From the IMG/VR virus record IMGVR_UViG_3300021411_000006, positions 1 through 64,000 of that record: a stretch of 64,000 bases of DNA; one strand, given 5' to 3'. A model generated the notes under the pieces. It was not told the DNA's origin. It worked only from the letters and a program-made list of their open reading frames with translations, and made no database searches. Below are positions 1-7,479 of this stretch, piece by piece. The DNA comes from a virus (taxonomy: Duplodnaviria > Caudoviricetes). Every line of letters starts with the position of its first letter. The first letter of the stretch is position 1. The translations under genes and the position numbers were made by a program.

Positions 1-100
1 TCTGAAGGGGGGGGGGCCCAATGCAGGAAAGTATAGTAATAGTTATCATTCAGGAGTCCTGCCGTTGGAGAGCTATAACTGCCCGCTAACGGGTTACACA

Positions 101-307
101 ATGGACAATGAAATACTGGACGAGGTTTGGAAGTTCTTAGCCAAGCCTGACGACCGGGATTTTAGAGACTTGCTGGATGATTGTTTCAACGCATGGGTTA
201 AAGCTTGTAATGCGGATATCGAAGACCAGAATACCGACGACTATATTCAGCTGCACCTGCAATCGAATGAATATGAGTTTACACGCGAGGGTAAAGTTTA
301 CCCTTAA
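101..307 (+). CDS. hypothetical protein (acidic)
   Basis: ORF track 65..307; ATG at 101 preferred over TTG at 65. Confidence 0.55.
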   Translation: MDNEILDEVWKFLAKPDDRDFRDLLDDCFNAWVKACNADIEDQNTDDYIQLHLQSNEYEFTREGKVYP

Positions 308-405
308 CGCGATTGCCGGTAGTCTTGACGGCTTACCCAGGGAGATCATTACTCCCACCGGCAGCTAACACCGTAGCACACGGTCAATAACGTGCATATA
401 AGTTT

Positions 406-684
406 ATGATAAGAAACAACGCTTTAAGAGAGCTGGAAAGAAAAACTTTCGCCCGGTTGGTTTACGATTATCTGTGCGGCCGGGAAAAGGCAAGGGCTGG
501 ACTTGTTAAGCAAAATAAGTTAGCTAAAAAGAAACTGATGCAGATGAAGCGGGCACATGCAGCTGGGGAAAGCCTGATCGTCCGCCATGCAGCTGGAGAA
601 GACTTTACTTCCGTGTTGCAGCAGTACAGCCCGTACAAGGCACAGATACTCGTTTGTTTGGAGAATATAAATAGAAAGGCATGA
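406..684 (+). CDS. hypothetical protein
   Basis: 92 aa ORF; stop overlaps the next start (ATGA, 681-684). Confidence 0.6.
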   Translation: MIRNNALRELERKTFARLVYDYLCGREKARAGLVKQNKLAKKKLMQMKRAHAAGESLIVRHAAGEDFTSVLQQYSPYKAQILVCLENINRKA

Positions 685-893
685 AAACAGTTAAGGAGAT
701 CATTGTCACTCAGGAGCCTGGGAAGGAACCAGACCTACAGGCCCTTGACGTGGCAATAGCCAACGGGTTTAACTGCTATAGTAAGCCCTGGGGAGATCAG
801 GGCTATCAGGATCGCAGAACCGACAGCGAAATGATTGTCCATTTTTCTAAACATCCTGTGATCCTGCAAGTACGGATCGCATTGGTAAGCTAA
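681..893 (+). CDS. hypothetical protein
   Basis: 70 aa ORF overlapping both neighbours. Confidence 0.6.
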   Translation: MKTVKEIIVTQEPGKEPDLQALDVAIANGFNCYSKPWGDQGYQDRRTDSEMIVHFSKHPVILQVRIALVS

Positions 894-1285
894 TGATATC
901 ATTTTTGTATAAACCTGTGCCCGCAGGTAAACCGGGCATTTATAAAATGGAAACAGTAAAACAGATAATGAAGCATTTCCCGCACGAGGCAATACTGAGC
1001 GATCCGCAGCGGGCGTATATTAAAAAATTCGTGATCGAGCATTACCATAAAGTGACCAGCGAAGAGCTGCACTTACAGGATCAGATACAGATCCTGTACC
1101 CGGAAATATGGCAATCAGCGATGGGCCAGCTGGGGCATAAACTTTCCCTGGAAGAGGCGGCACCAGAGATGTACGAGACCCTGCACCATATCTTAGTAGC
1201 GGTCATGCTACCTATGAATGGTGAGGATCGTCGGCAAATTGGTCTGGAAGTTAAAAAAGTATTATCTAAAATTGTAAAACCGTAA
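893..1285 (+). CDS. hypothetical protein
   Basis: 130 aa ORF, TAATG overlap with upstream gene. Confidence 0.65.
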   Translation: MISFLYKPVPAGKPGIYKMETVKQIMKHFPHEAILSDPQRAYIKKFVIEHYHKVTSEELHLQDQIQILYPEIWQSAMGQLGHKLSLEEAAPEMYETLHHILVAVMLPMNGEDRRQIGLEVKKVLSKIVKP

Positions 1286-1289
1286 CAGC

Positions 1290-1709
1290 ATGTCAGCACA
1301 AAATTTAATAATAGTTAAAGAGTACATCCCGAGCATGTTTGATAAGGCAAAGCCTATAGCAGTCGGCTATACTGCGAAGGTGAAGGACAGGGATACTTAT
1401 ACCGTGTACGATAAAGAAGGCAAGGAGATTGGCACCTATAAAAACGAGATCATTAAAAAAATCAGCAAGTCTTCCAACAGCGAGGGGAAAACCCTGGCCC
1501 AGGATATCGGAGCGCAGATCCAGCGGGCCAGAGAGTTCCGGGGAATGACGCTGGAACAACTTGCTGCGAAACGAAGAGCTACCCGTCAATATCTTCATGG
1601 TATTGAGAAGGGGACTTTTTCCTGTAGCTTAGAGCAGCTGAATAACATCTGCGATGATCTTGGATATCAACTGAACGTTAAAATAACCCGTAAAAATGGA
1701 AGCAAGTAA
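1290..1709 (+). CDS. XRE-family helix-turn-helix protein with extra N-terminal domain
   Basis: C-terminal IQRAREFRGMTLEQLAAKRRATRQYLHGIEKG is a typical XRE HTH. Confidence 0.8.
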   Translation: MSAQNLIIVKEYIPSMFDKAKPIAVGYTAKVKDRDTYTVYDKEGKEIGTYKNEIIKKISKSSNSEGKTLAQDIGAQIQRAREFRGMTLEQLAAKRRATRQYLHGIEKGTFSCSLEQLNNICDDLGYQLNVKITRKNGSK

Positions 1710-2217
1710 CAAAAGGATTTACCCGCCGTGTGAGATATGCAATATCAATCCGGGCGCGATAAATCTCATGTGCTACCTGGCCAGCTTCGGCGATTTTGTC
1801 GAAGCTGATATATGTATGGAGTGTTGGGGTAAAGCTCCCGGCGATCCTGAAGCTGCCGCTCAGGTAATGATTAATCGGGTAAAAAAAGCAGGTGTGCCTA
1901 TACCTTTGAAACTGGAGGCGCTGGCCATGTTTTTAAAACGGACTGTGGTGGGTAAGGTAGTCCACTGTAAGAAATCGCCGTATGATGTTTATATCGGCAG
2001 GCCGGGTAAGTGGGGAAATCCTTACTCCCACAAACCGGGGACACAGGCAAAGTTTTTGGTAGCTTCCCGTGAGGAAGCGATAGCGGCGTACGAAGAGTAT
2101 TTACTGAACAGCCCTGAGTTAATGGCAGCGCTTCCGGAATTAAAGGGCAAGGTGCTGGGCTGTTGGTGTAAACCATTATCTTGTCATGGCGACATCCTAT
2201 TAAAACACATACCATGA
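1696..2217 (+). CDS. DUF4326-like protein with N-terminal CxxC region
   Basis: VVHCKK..YDVYIGRPGKWGNP...LKGKVLGCWCKP..CHGD pattern. Confidence 0.8.
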   Translation: MEASNKRIYPPCEICNINPGAINLMCYLASFGDFVEADICMECWGKAPGDPEAAAQVMINRVKKAGVPIPLKLEALAMFLKRTVVGKVVHCKKSPYDVYIGRPGKWGNPYSHKPGTQAKFLVASREEAIAAYEEYLLNSPELMAALPELKGKVLGCWCKPLSCHGDILLKHIP

Positions 2218-2435
2218 GCGAGTCCGTCACCCTGTTTACGAACAAGCAAATAGATGAGCTGGGTAGCTTCTTTAAAAAAGATAGCGCTGGCTACATCCGA
2301 ATAAAGAACCTGGGCGTAATAGCGCCGGAGGGAGAAATAATGATCGAGTTTATTGAGAAAAGGATAATCAACCACGGCAGATCCGGAAAGCCTACCCTGG
2401 CTACTGCACAGGTGGTTAAAAAAATTAACCGATGA
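2214..2435 (+). CDS. hypothetical protein
   Basis: ORF track 2181..2435; ATG at 2214 gives ATGA overlap with the upstream stop. Confidence 0.6.
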   Translation: MSESVTLFTNKQIDELGSFFKKDSAGYIRIKNLGVIAPEGEIMIEFIEKRIINHGRSGKPTLATAQVVKKINR

Positions 2436-2773
2436 GTCGATTCCCAAAATTCGTTCTTGCTACAAACAAGTCAGAGCTTCCCATGCCAGTAATTCTGCAA
2501 CTGGTAAAACCGTTTATGGTTGGAAGGATACACCAGATACAGGACGGTAATGAGTTTATAGAGTTCTTCAACAACTACAGCGGTTTGGGTATTGTTACCG
2601 TCACTGGATACAAGATCGCCATTTTTTTCGGCGGCCTACTGACTACTGACAAGTTGGAGATAAACCCAGGGATACTAAAAGACATTGCCAGGGTACTGAA
2701 CGAGATGGCTGATTTCTACGCAAAGGAAAGTATAGCCGATTCTCCCGGTCGCTTTAAGCGCTACCAGCTATAA
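2432..2773 (+). CDS. hypothetical protein
   Basis: 113 aa ORF, last gene before a converging hairpin. Confidence 0.7.
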   Translation: MSRFPKFVLATNKSELPMPVILQLVKPFMVGRIHQIQDGNEFIEFFNNYSGLGIVTVTGYKIAIFFGGLLTTDKLEINPGILKDIARVLNEMADFYAKESIADSPGRFKRYQL

Positions 2774-2800
2774 AAAAAGCCCCTCCAGCTGGAAGGGCTT
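2772..2800 (-). terminator. intrinsic terminator between converging genes
   Basis: AAGCCCCTCCAG/CTGGAAGGGCTT hairpin; A7 run gives the U-tract on the - strand. Confidence 0.75.
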
Positions 2801-2820
2801 ACCCACTCTTCACATCGCAT

Positions 2821-3189
2821 CTACTTTTTAAAAAGGTATATTCCCTTTTCACTTATCGCAACGTCCCACTTGTCGAAAGGGAAAATTACATCTGGGCCAT
2901 CTTCACGCGGTACAAATGAGCTGGTCTTCTTCGCTTGACCAGTCCTAGCCTTCTGTCTTATTTGCTTCTGCTGTGCGGTTTTCTTTTTCCGTACAGTTTT
3001 CTTCTTACGGATAAGCTTGGCAAAACGTTGCAAGATTCCTTCCGGGGTCCTGTTCCCGAACCGTGCGGCTAAAGCTTTTGCCAGTTCAGTTCGCTGATGT
3101 CCGGAAGTGCCGTCGAGCGTTAGTATTGCTGTGTCCTCTCCTTCTGTGTAGCGGTTAAGCCAGCCGCCCGCTTTTTTCTTAGTTGCCAT
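2821..3189 (-). CDS. basic hypothetical protein, possible DNA-binding protein
   Basis: Start MATKKK at 3189 after A-rich leader; Lys/Arg-rich; downstream of the repressor. Confidence 0.65.
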   Translation of the reverse strand: MATKKKAGGWLNRYTEGEDTAILTLDGTSGHQRTELAKALAARFGNRTPEGILQRFAKLIRKKKTVRKKKTAQQKQIRQKARTGQAKKTSSFVPREDGPDVIFPFDKWDVAISEKGIYLFKK

Positions 3190-3220
3190 GTTATTATTGG
3201 TTTGATTAAAAAATAAATAC

Positions 3221-3481
3221 TTATTTACTGCCGTCCAGTATCCAGTCATAGGAAACCTGGTACTTCCGTTTCCAGGTCTTTATGATATCCAGATTTGGCA
3301 GAGTGTTCCCGGCTTCAATTTGTTTTACGACGCTAAGACTTGTTCGCAGCGCTTTGGCAAATGTCTCTTGGTTGACTTCGGCATCTTTTCGGGCTTGCTT
3401 AAACCGCTTATTAATCCCAGGGTGCTTGGTATGAGGGATCTTTGTAAGGATCGTATTACTTCTTCTACTTGTTTTTATCAT
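3221..3481 (-). CDS. XRE HTH repressor (CI-like)
   Basis: RFKQARKDAEVNQETFAKALRTSLSVVKQIEAGNTLPNLD...YQVSYDWILDG; divergent from the early rightward operon. Confidence 0.8.
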   Translation of the reverse strand: MIKTSRRSNTILTKIPHTKHPGINKRFKQARKDAEVNQETFAKALRTSLSVVKQIEAGNTLPNLDIIKTWKRKYQVSYDWILDGSK

Positions 3482-3495
3482 GTGTAGCGTGTTGA

Positions 3496-3666
3496 TTATT
3501 TAATTGCGTTACCGCTACGCTCTATGGAAATATCTTCCTTTCCCGGCGTGTTTTTATTCAAGTACTCTTCGTATCGTTTTGCTTCACCTGACAATAAGTA
3601 CCAGGCAAGAAGTGTTGGGAGAGCCGCTGCCAGCAACACTTTGGCGATGATCTTTAGAATTTTCAT
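3496..3666 (-). CDS. small membrane protein (56 aa), absent from ORF track
   Basis: Hand translation MKILKIIAKVLLAAALPTLLAWYLLSGEAKRYEEYLNKNTPGKEDISIERSGNAIK; one hydrophobic helix; A-rich leader. Confidence 0.65.
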   Translation of the reverse strand: MKILKIIAKVLLAAALPTLLAWYLLSGEAKRYEEYLNKNTPGKEDISIERSGNAIK

Positions 3667-3828
3667 TTTGCTTTTTTGGTTTTAATTTTTATTAGTAAGC
3701 GTATATACTTAACGTTTGTCTTATTAATGCCAATATGTCGCTATGTGCAAACTTTTTCCTACAAAGGGGTATGAAAACTATTTAATGTAGAAAAAATTGC
3801 CGTCTATTTAGTTAACTCTCCACACGAT

Positions 3829-3854
3829 AGCGATAAAGAGCGATTAATAGCGGA
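3829..3854 (+). repeat. three AGCG(A/G)(T/A) direct repeats with 10-bp period in the switch region (candidate operator)
   Basis: AGCGAT 3829, AGCGAT 3839, AGCGGA 3849. Confidence 0.5.
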
Positions 3855-3887
3855 AAGTTAGAATAATTAACCTGAAAAAACAACAAG

Positions 3888-4136
3888 ATGGAAATGATGA
3901 CAGAGAAGACCGGGAAACTGCTTATCAGGGAGCTTAGTATCGTAAAAGAGATGCTACGTAAAAAGGATGAGCAATGGGTGAAAGCCTCAACAATCCTGAG
4001 ACTAACGGGCTGGAACAAAGATCAGCTTCGCCGGGCCTACATGCGGGGAGAAATCCTCCGTAAGAAGGACAAAACAGGGATCTGGTACGACGCAAATAGC
4101 CTGCTTACTATTCACCTGGAAAAAAAGACTGCATGA
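3888..4136 (+). CDS. small DNA-binding protein (Cro/excisionase-like)
   Basis: First gene divergent from the repressor; WVKASTILRLTGWNKDQLRRAYMRGEI resembles a Xis/MerR-type winged HTH. Confidence 0.55.
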   Translation: MEMMTEKTGKLLIRELSIVKEMLRKKDEQWVKASTILRLTGWNKDQLRRAYMRGEILRKKDKTGIWYDANSLLTIHLEKKTA

Positions 4137-4384
4137 TCTGCCACCAATACGAACAGCTCACCATAGTTGAGCGCTACGAGCTGTACGGTAAGATGCAGCA
4201 CCTGATACAGAATAATGCTGGTTGTTACCGGCTCGTGTCAAAGATGGTGAAGGAAGCAGAAGCAAAAGGGTTGCTGGAGGGCGTAAAGTTTATGCCTCCC
4301 TGGGAAGGTGGGATCGCTGATCGTGACTTCCCAATGATCCCGGTAATACAAACAAGTTCTTTAAAAATGTTCAGGCAGAAATAA
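4133..4384 (+). CDS. hypothetical protein
   Basis: 83 aa ORF, ATGA overlap. Confidence 0.65.
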   Translation: MICHQYEQLTIVERYELYGKMQHLIQNNAGCYRLVSKMVKEAEAKGLLEGVKFMPPWEGGIADRDFPMIPVIQTSSLKMFRQK

Positions 4385-4392
4385 TAGGTAAA

Positions 4393-4640
4393 ACTCACGG
4401 CGCGAAAAATCCGCTTAACCCATAAGACGGTTAAAATCCGTAATGGAGTAAGTTTTTAAAATAGTTATGGCGGCATAAATAAGAGTTCGCACCTCTCACG
4501 AGGTGGGTTGAAAGCGACGGAGCGGCTTCAGTCGACTCGATATACGCACCGCCAAAACTTATTCATCGGTGACGGGCGAATTAAATGACGGTCACGCCCG
4601 CTACAGTAGACCCCACCGGGTCGAGTAACTGCTGTAGCGG
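4393..4640 (+). ncRNA. cluster of candidate structured RNAs upstream of the tRNA
   Basis: Non-coding gap with nested stems: 4393-4449, 4468-4554, 4569-4640 (12-bp stem CCGCTACAGTAG/CTGCTGTAGCGG). Confidence 0.5.
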
Positions 4641-4645
4641 TAAAT

Positions 4646-4717
4646 CCTGGGGTAGAGCAGCGGTAGCTCGGCAGGCTCATAACCTGTAGGTCGCGGGTTC
4701 GATTCCCGCCCCCGGAA
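4646..4717 (+). tRNA. tRNA-Met(CAT), initiator type; CCA not encoded
   Basis: CCTGGGG TA GAGC AGCGGTA GCTC G GCAGG CTCATAA CCTGT AGGTC GCGGG TTCGATT CCCGC CCCCGGA A; C1:A72 mismatch and A11:U24 are initiator hallmarks. Confidence 0.93.
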
Positions 4718-4720
4718 CAA

Positions 4721-4939
4721 ATGAAAGGACGAAAGGGATTAAGAGATCTTGGACCGTACCTGGTCGATGAGCGGCAGATAGGTAAACTGGTTGACGAAAC
4801 GAATGCCATTGTTATGGATTGCGTAGACGACCGGGACCACCATAAGCCCAGGATAAAAGTGATTCGAACAAGTAGTAAACAGTTGTATATCGGAGGCAGT
4901 ACAGTCGCTGTATTCCACATCATAAAACCTAACAAATAA
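4721..4939 (+). CDS. hypothetical protein
   Basis: 72 aa ORF starting 3 nt after the tRNA discriminator base. Confidence 0.6.
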   Translation: MKGRKGLRDLGPYLVDERQIGKLVDETNAIVMDCVDDRDHHKPRIKVIRTSSKQLYIGGSTVAVFHIIKPNK

Positions 4940-4945
4940 AAACAC

Positions 4946-5158
4946 ATGGCAAACCAGAAACTATTTCAGTATGCTATCCTTTGGCATCCGACGGATAAGC
5001 AAAAAAAAGATGACGGTGCAAAACCAAAAGTGATCGTAGAAATTAAAACTATCCTGGCGGCGGATCAGCAAGGCGCAATGATGGCGGCGGCGATGGAGAT
5101 CCCGCTGGAATATAAAAACCAGCTCGATCAAATTGAGGTAGCGGCGCGCCCTTTTTAA
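4946..5158 (+). CDS. small phage protein ending RPF; probable -1 frameshift extension to 5331 (128 aa form)
   Basis: 70 aa ORF; C_CCT_TTT heptamer directly before the stop; -1 frame open to TGA 5329-5331. Confidence 0.8.
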   Translation: MANQKLFQYAILWHPTDKQKKDDGAKPKVIVEIKTILAADQQGAMMAAAMEIPLEYKNQLDQIEVAARPF

Positions 5159-5239
5159 TACCGGGTGAACAAAAGGCGCAGGAGGCTAAACATTCACTGG
5201 ACCAGGTAGGACAGCTCCAGTCGTTTAGGCGTTCACCCG
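5135..5239 (+). promoter_or_regulatory. candidate -1 programmed ribosomal frameshift signal
   Basis: GAGGT 5135-5139; heptamer CCCTTTT 5149-5155; 6-nt spacer; stem CGGGTGAAC(5162-5170)/GTTCACCCG(5231-5239). Confidence 0.7.
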
Positions 5240-5327
5240 ACAAAAACCTCTTTAAGGGTAATTTTTTGATGCAGGAAGAACTGCCGGAAGTATCGGCTAC
5301 TTACTATACGGCTTCGCAACTTTTGAA

Positions 5328-5732
5328 ATGACAACATACTGTAACAAGTGTGGAATAAACTGGGTAGCGCTGTGGAGTCAGGATCTGGAGCATGAAGACG
5401 AGAGCTATGAATATTGCCCGCTGTGTTGTACCGGAATGGATCTGGAGGAAGGAAGAGAAGGGCCTGCATATATGATGGATATCGGAACCAGTGAGATTGT
5501 AGACCCGGCCACTGGAGAGATTCTGCCGACCGGAGCGCCGATAGCGCTGCCGCCCAGGATTAGGAAAAAGAAGATTTATACGGAGACTGTGGATGAGTAT
5601 GACGAGCGAAGGATAACGCTGGAAGATCAAAGCCTGGAGGAATATTTTAGAATGTGCAAACTATACGGGAAAGAAAAGGCCGCGACGATGGTGACCTGGC
5701 GAACAACGGAAAGACAATTTTATTACGAATAA
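5328..5732 (+). CDS. hypothetical protein with two CxxC motifs (Zn-binding)
   Basis: CNKC and CPLC motifs. Confidence 0.7.
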   Translation: MTTYCNKCGINWVALWSQDLEHEDESYEYCPLCCTGMDLEEGREGPAYMMDIGTSEIVDPATGEILPTGAPIALPPRIRKKKIYTETVDEYDERRITLEDQSLEEYFRMCKLYGKEKAATMVTWRTTERQFYYE

Positions 5733-5746
5733 AAAACTAACAACAC

Positions 5747-6340
5747 ATGGGACTTGGAAACAACAACGGCAGATTTACCTACGCAAACATTACGAAAGGG
5801 AAAGTCGCCGTAAAACAGGACGGAGTAGTAAATCTTTTTGGTTACGTCGAGGGCTGGCTGAGAGATATAGAGGTCCGCGATGATGAGTATAAAAACATAA
5901 AGTATAAAAAGCTTTGCCTAGTACTCAGCGACGGGACGGAAACTTTCCAACTTCAAATGAAACTGAACAGCGGATACGGTCGGGCTTTCTGCAAGATTAT
6001 TAAAAACGCAGACCTTACAAAACCCCTTCGCCTCCAGCCTGCTTATAGCGAAGACAACGATAAGAAAAGTACCAGCATGTTTATCGATCAGAACGGTAAT
6101 AACCTAAAATGGTACTACAAAAACTCAGAACTACGCGATCTCCCACCGATGGAACAGATAACCTTCAAAGGTGAAACTGTTTGGGACGACTCAAAGCAAC
6201 AATTATTTTTTATCAATATGCTGCTCAATGAAATCCGGCCTCAGCTCGATGCTGCCGCCCTGGAAGTACACACGCCAATAGCTGCCTTTCCACAGGACCA
6301 GGCACCTACTGACAGCGCGCCCGATGATCTACCTTTTTAA
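5747..6340 (+). CDS. putative single-stranded DNA-binding protein
   Basis: beta-rich core and acidic tail ending DDLPF, typical of SSBs. Confidence 0.65.
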   Translation: MGLGNNNGRFTYANITKGKVAVKQDGVVNLFGYVEGWLRDIEVRDDEYKNIKYKKLCLVLSDGTETFQLQMKLNSGYGRAFCKIIKNADLTKPLRLQPAYSEDNDKKSTSMFIDQNGNNLKWYYKNSELRDLPPMEQITFKGETVWDDSKQQLFFINMLLNEIRPQLDAAALEVHTPIAAFPQDQAPTDSAPDDLPF

Positions 6341-6366
6341 ACCGTAAACCCAACACCACTTTTGAA

Positions 6367-6702
6367 ATGCCTTACACGACTCCGCCGCCGACCATGAGTA
6401 AAGAAGTGCTAACGATTATAACAACAGTAGGCGAAAGGACCCACGCCTCGCCGCAGGAGATCCTTTCACCAAGCCGGGAGCGGCCATTCCCTTACTCGCG
6501 AAAGCTGTCAGTTTATTTCATCCGGATTTTTCTTCCCGATATCGGTTGCCCGCATATTGCAAAAACTTTTGGCTGGAAGAAAAAACATGAAATGGTTTCC
6601 CAGTATTATAAGCAGATAAAGGACCAGGTAACAAGCGAAGGGAAAGTACGATCCGATGTACGGGAGATTGAAAGTATTTTAAAAACACTATTACAGAGAT
6701 GA
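6367..6702 (+). CDS. DnaA C-terminal (domain IV)-like HTH protein
   Basis: EILSPSRER....SRKLSVYFIR....IGCPHIAKTFG.KKKHEMVSQYYKQI parallels the DnaA domain IV pattern. Confidence 0.6.
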   Translation: MPYTTPPPTMSKEVLTIITTVGERTHASPQEILSPSRERPFPYSRKLSVYFIRIFLPDIGCPHIAKTFGWKKKHEMVSQYYKQIKDQVTSEGKVRSDVREIESILKTLLQR

Positions 6703-7232
6703 GTGAGATCTGCGCTTTCCCATGCTGTACCCGCCATCCCCAGGCAAACGGTTTCTGCATAGGCCATAAGGACTACGGATCTACTGTAGCTAAAGCCAAG
6801 CCGAAAGGTATTGCCCCGAAGTCGGAGAAAAAACTTGCCACAGAAAAGATGGAGAAGGAACAGCGCGGAGATGATCCTACAAAATTACAGAAGTGGTACA
6901 GCGAGATCATGTTAAAGGAAGAGCCGATATGCTGGGAGACGAAGGAAGTGATTGACAAAGAAGACGAGAAGGGATGGCATGGATCTATCGCCCATATTCT
7001 ACCTAAAAAGCTCTTTCCATCTGTGCAGACACATCCCAAGAATTACTTGATCCTGAAAATGTGGGGAGGAACGCATGCGAGTTACGATGCCAGCTGGCAG
7101 TCAGCGCAAAAAATGAAGGTGTGGCCACTGGCAGTAAAACGGTTTTTGGAAATAGAAAAAAACATCGCTGAGCGTGAGCGAGTTTATTTACCTGATTGCC
7201 TGATAAAACATATTCCGCAACATGCTGCTTGA
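6699..7232 (+). CDS. putative HNH/NinG-like nuclease
   Basis: AHILPK....VQTHPKNYLIL....THASYD resembles a beta-beta-alpha-metal motif; N-terminal Cys/His cluster. Confidence 0.45.
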   Translation: MSEICAFPCCTRHPQANGFCIGHKDYGSTVAKAKPKGIAPKSEKKLATEKMEKEQRGDDPTKLQKWYSEIMLKEEPICWETKEVIDKEDEKGWHGSIAHILPKKLFPSVQTHPKNYLILKMWGGTHASYDASWQSAQKMKVWPLAVKRFLEIEKNIAERERVYLPDCLIKHIPQHAA

Positions 7233-7467
7233 TAAAATACTGGACGCACACGAAGATGATGATTTTTTGAAAGCCGATGGTTTTGACCGGGCCGTTATTG
7301 GTCTCGACTATAGGTCTATGCGCCTTGTGTATTCTGTAAAGAAATGTTTGGATATCCTGGTTAAGGACGGGATGAGTAAGGAAGACGCTGCCGAACATTT
7401 TTCTTACAACGTCAGCGGCAGCTTTGCGGGAGACAAGACACCGATATGGTGCGATGACAATTATTAA
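7222..7467 (+). CDS. conserved phage hypothetical protein
   Basis: ADGFDRAVIG...LVYS...EDAAEHFSYNV.GS..G..TPIW pattern recognised from phage proteins. Confidence 0.75.
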   Translation: MLLDKILDAHEDDDFLKADGFDRAVIGLDYRSMRLVYSVKKCLDILVKDGMSKEDAAEHFSYNVSGSFAGDKTPIWCDDNY

Positions 7468-7479
7468 AAAACTTTTTAT

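Noticed and set aside
4468-4554. Second tRNA (element ends in CCA)
   Set aside because: Acceptor strands do not pair in tRNA register, and T-loop and anticodon consensus are absent; kept as an ncRNA candidate
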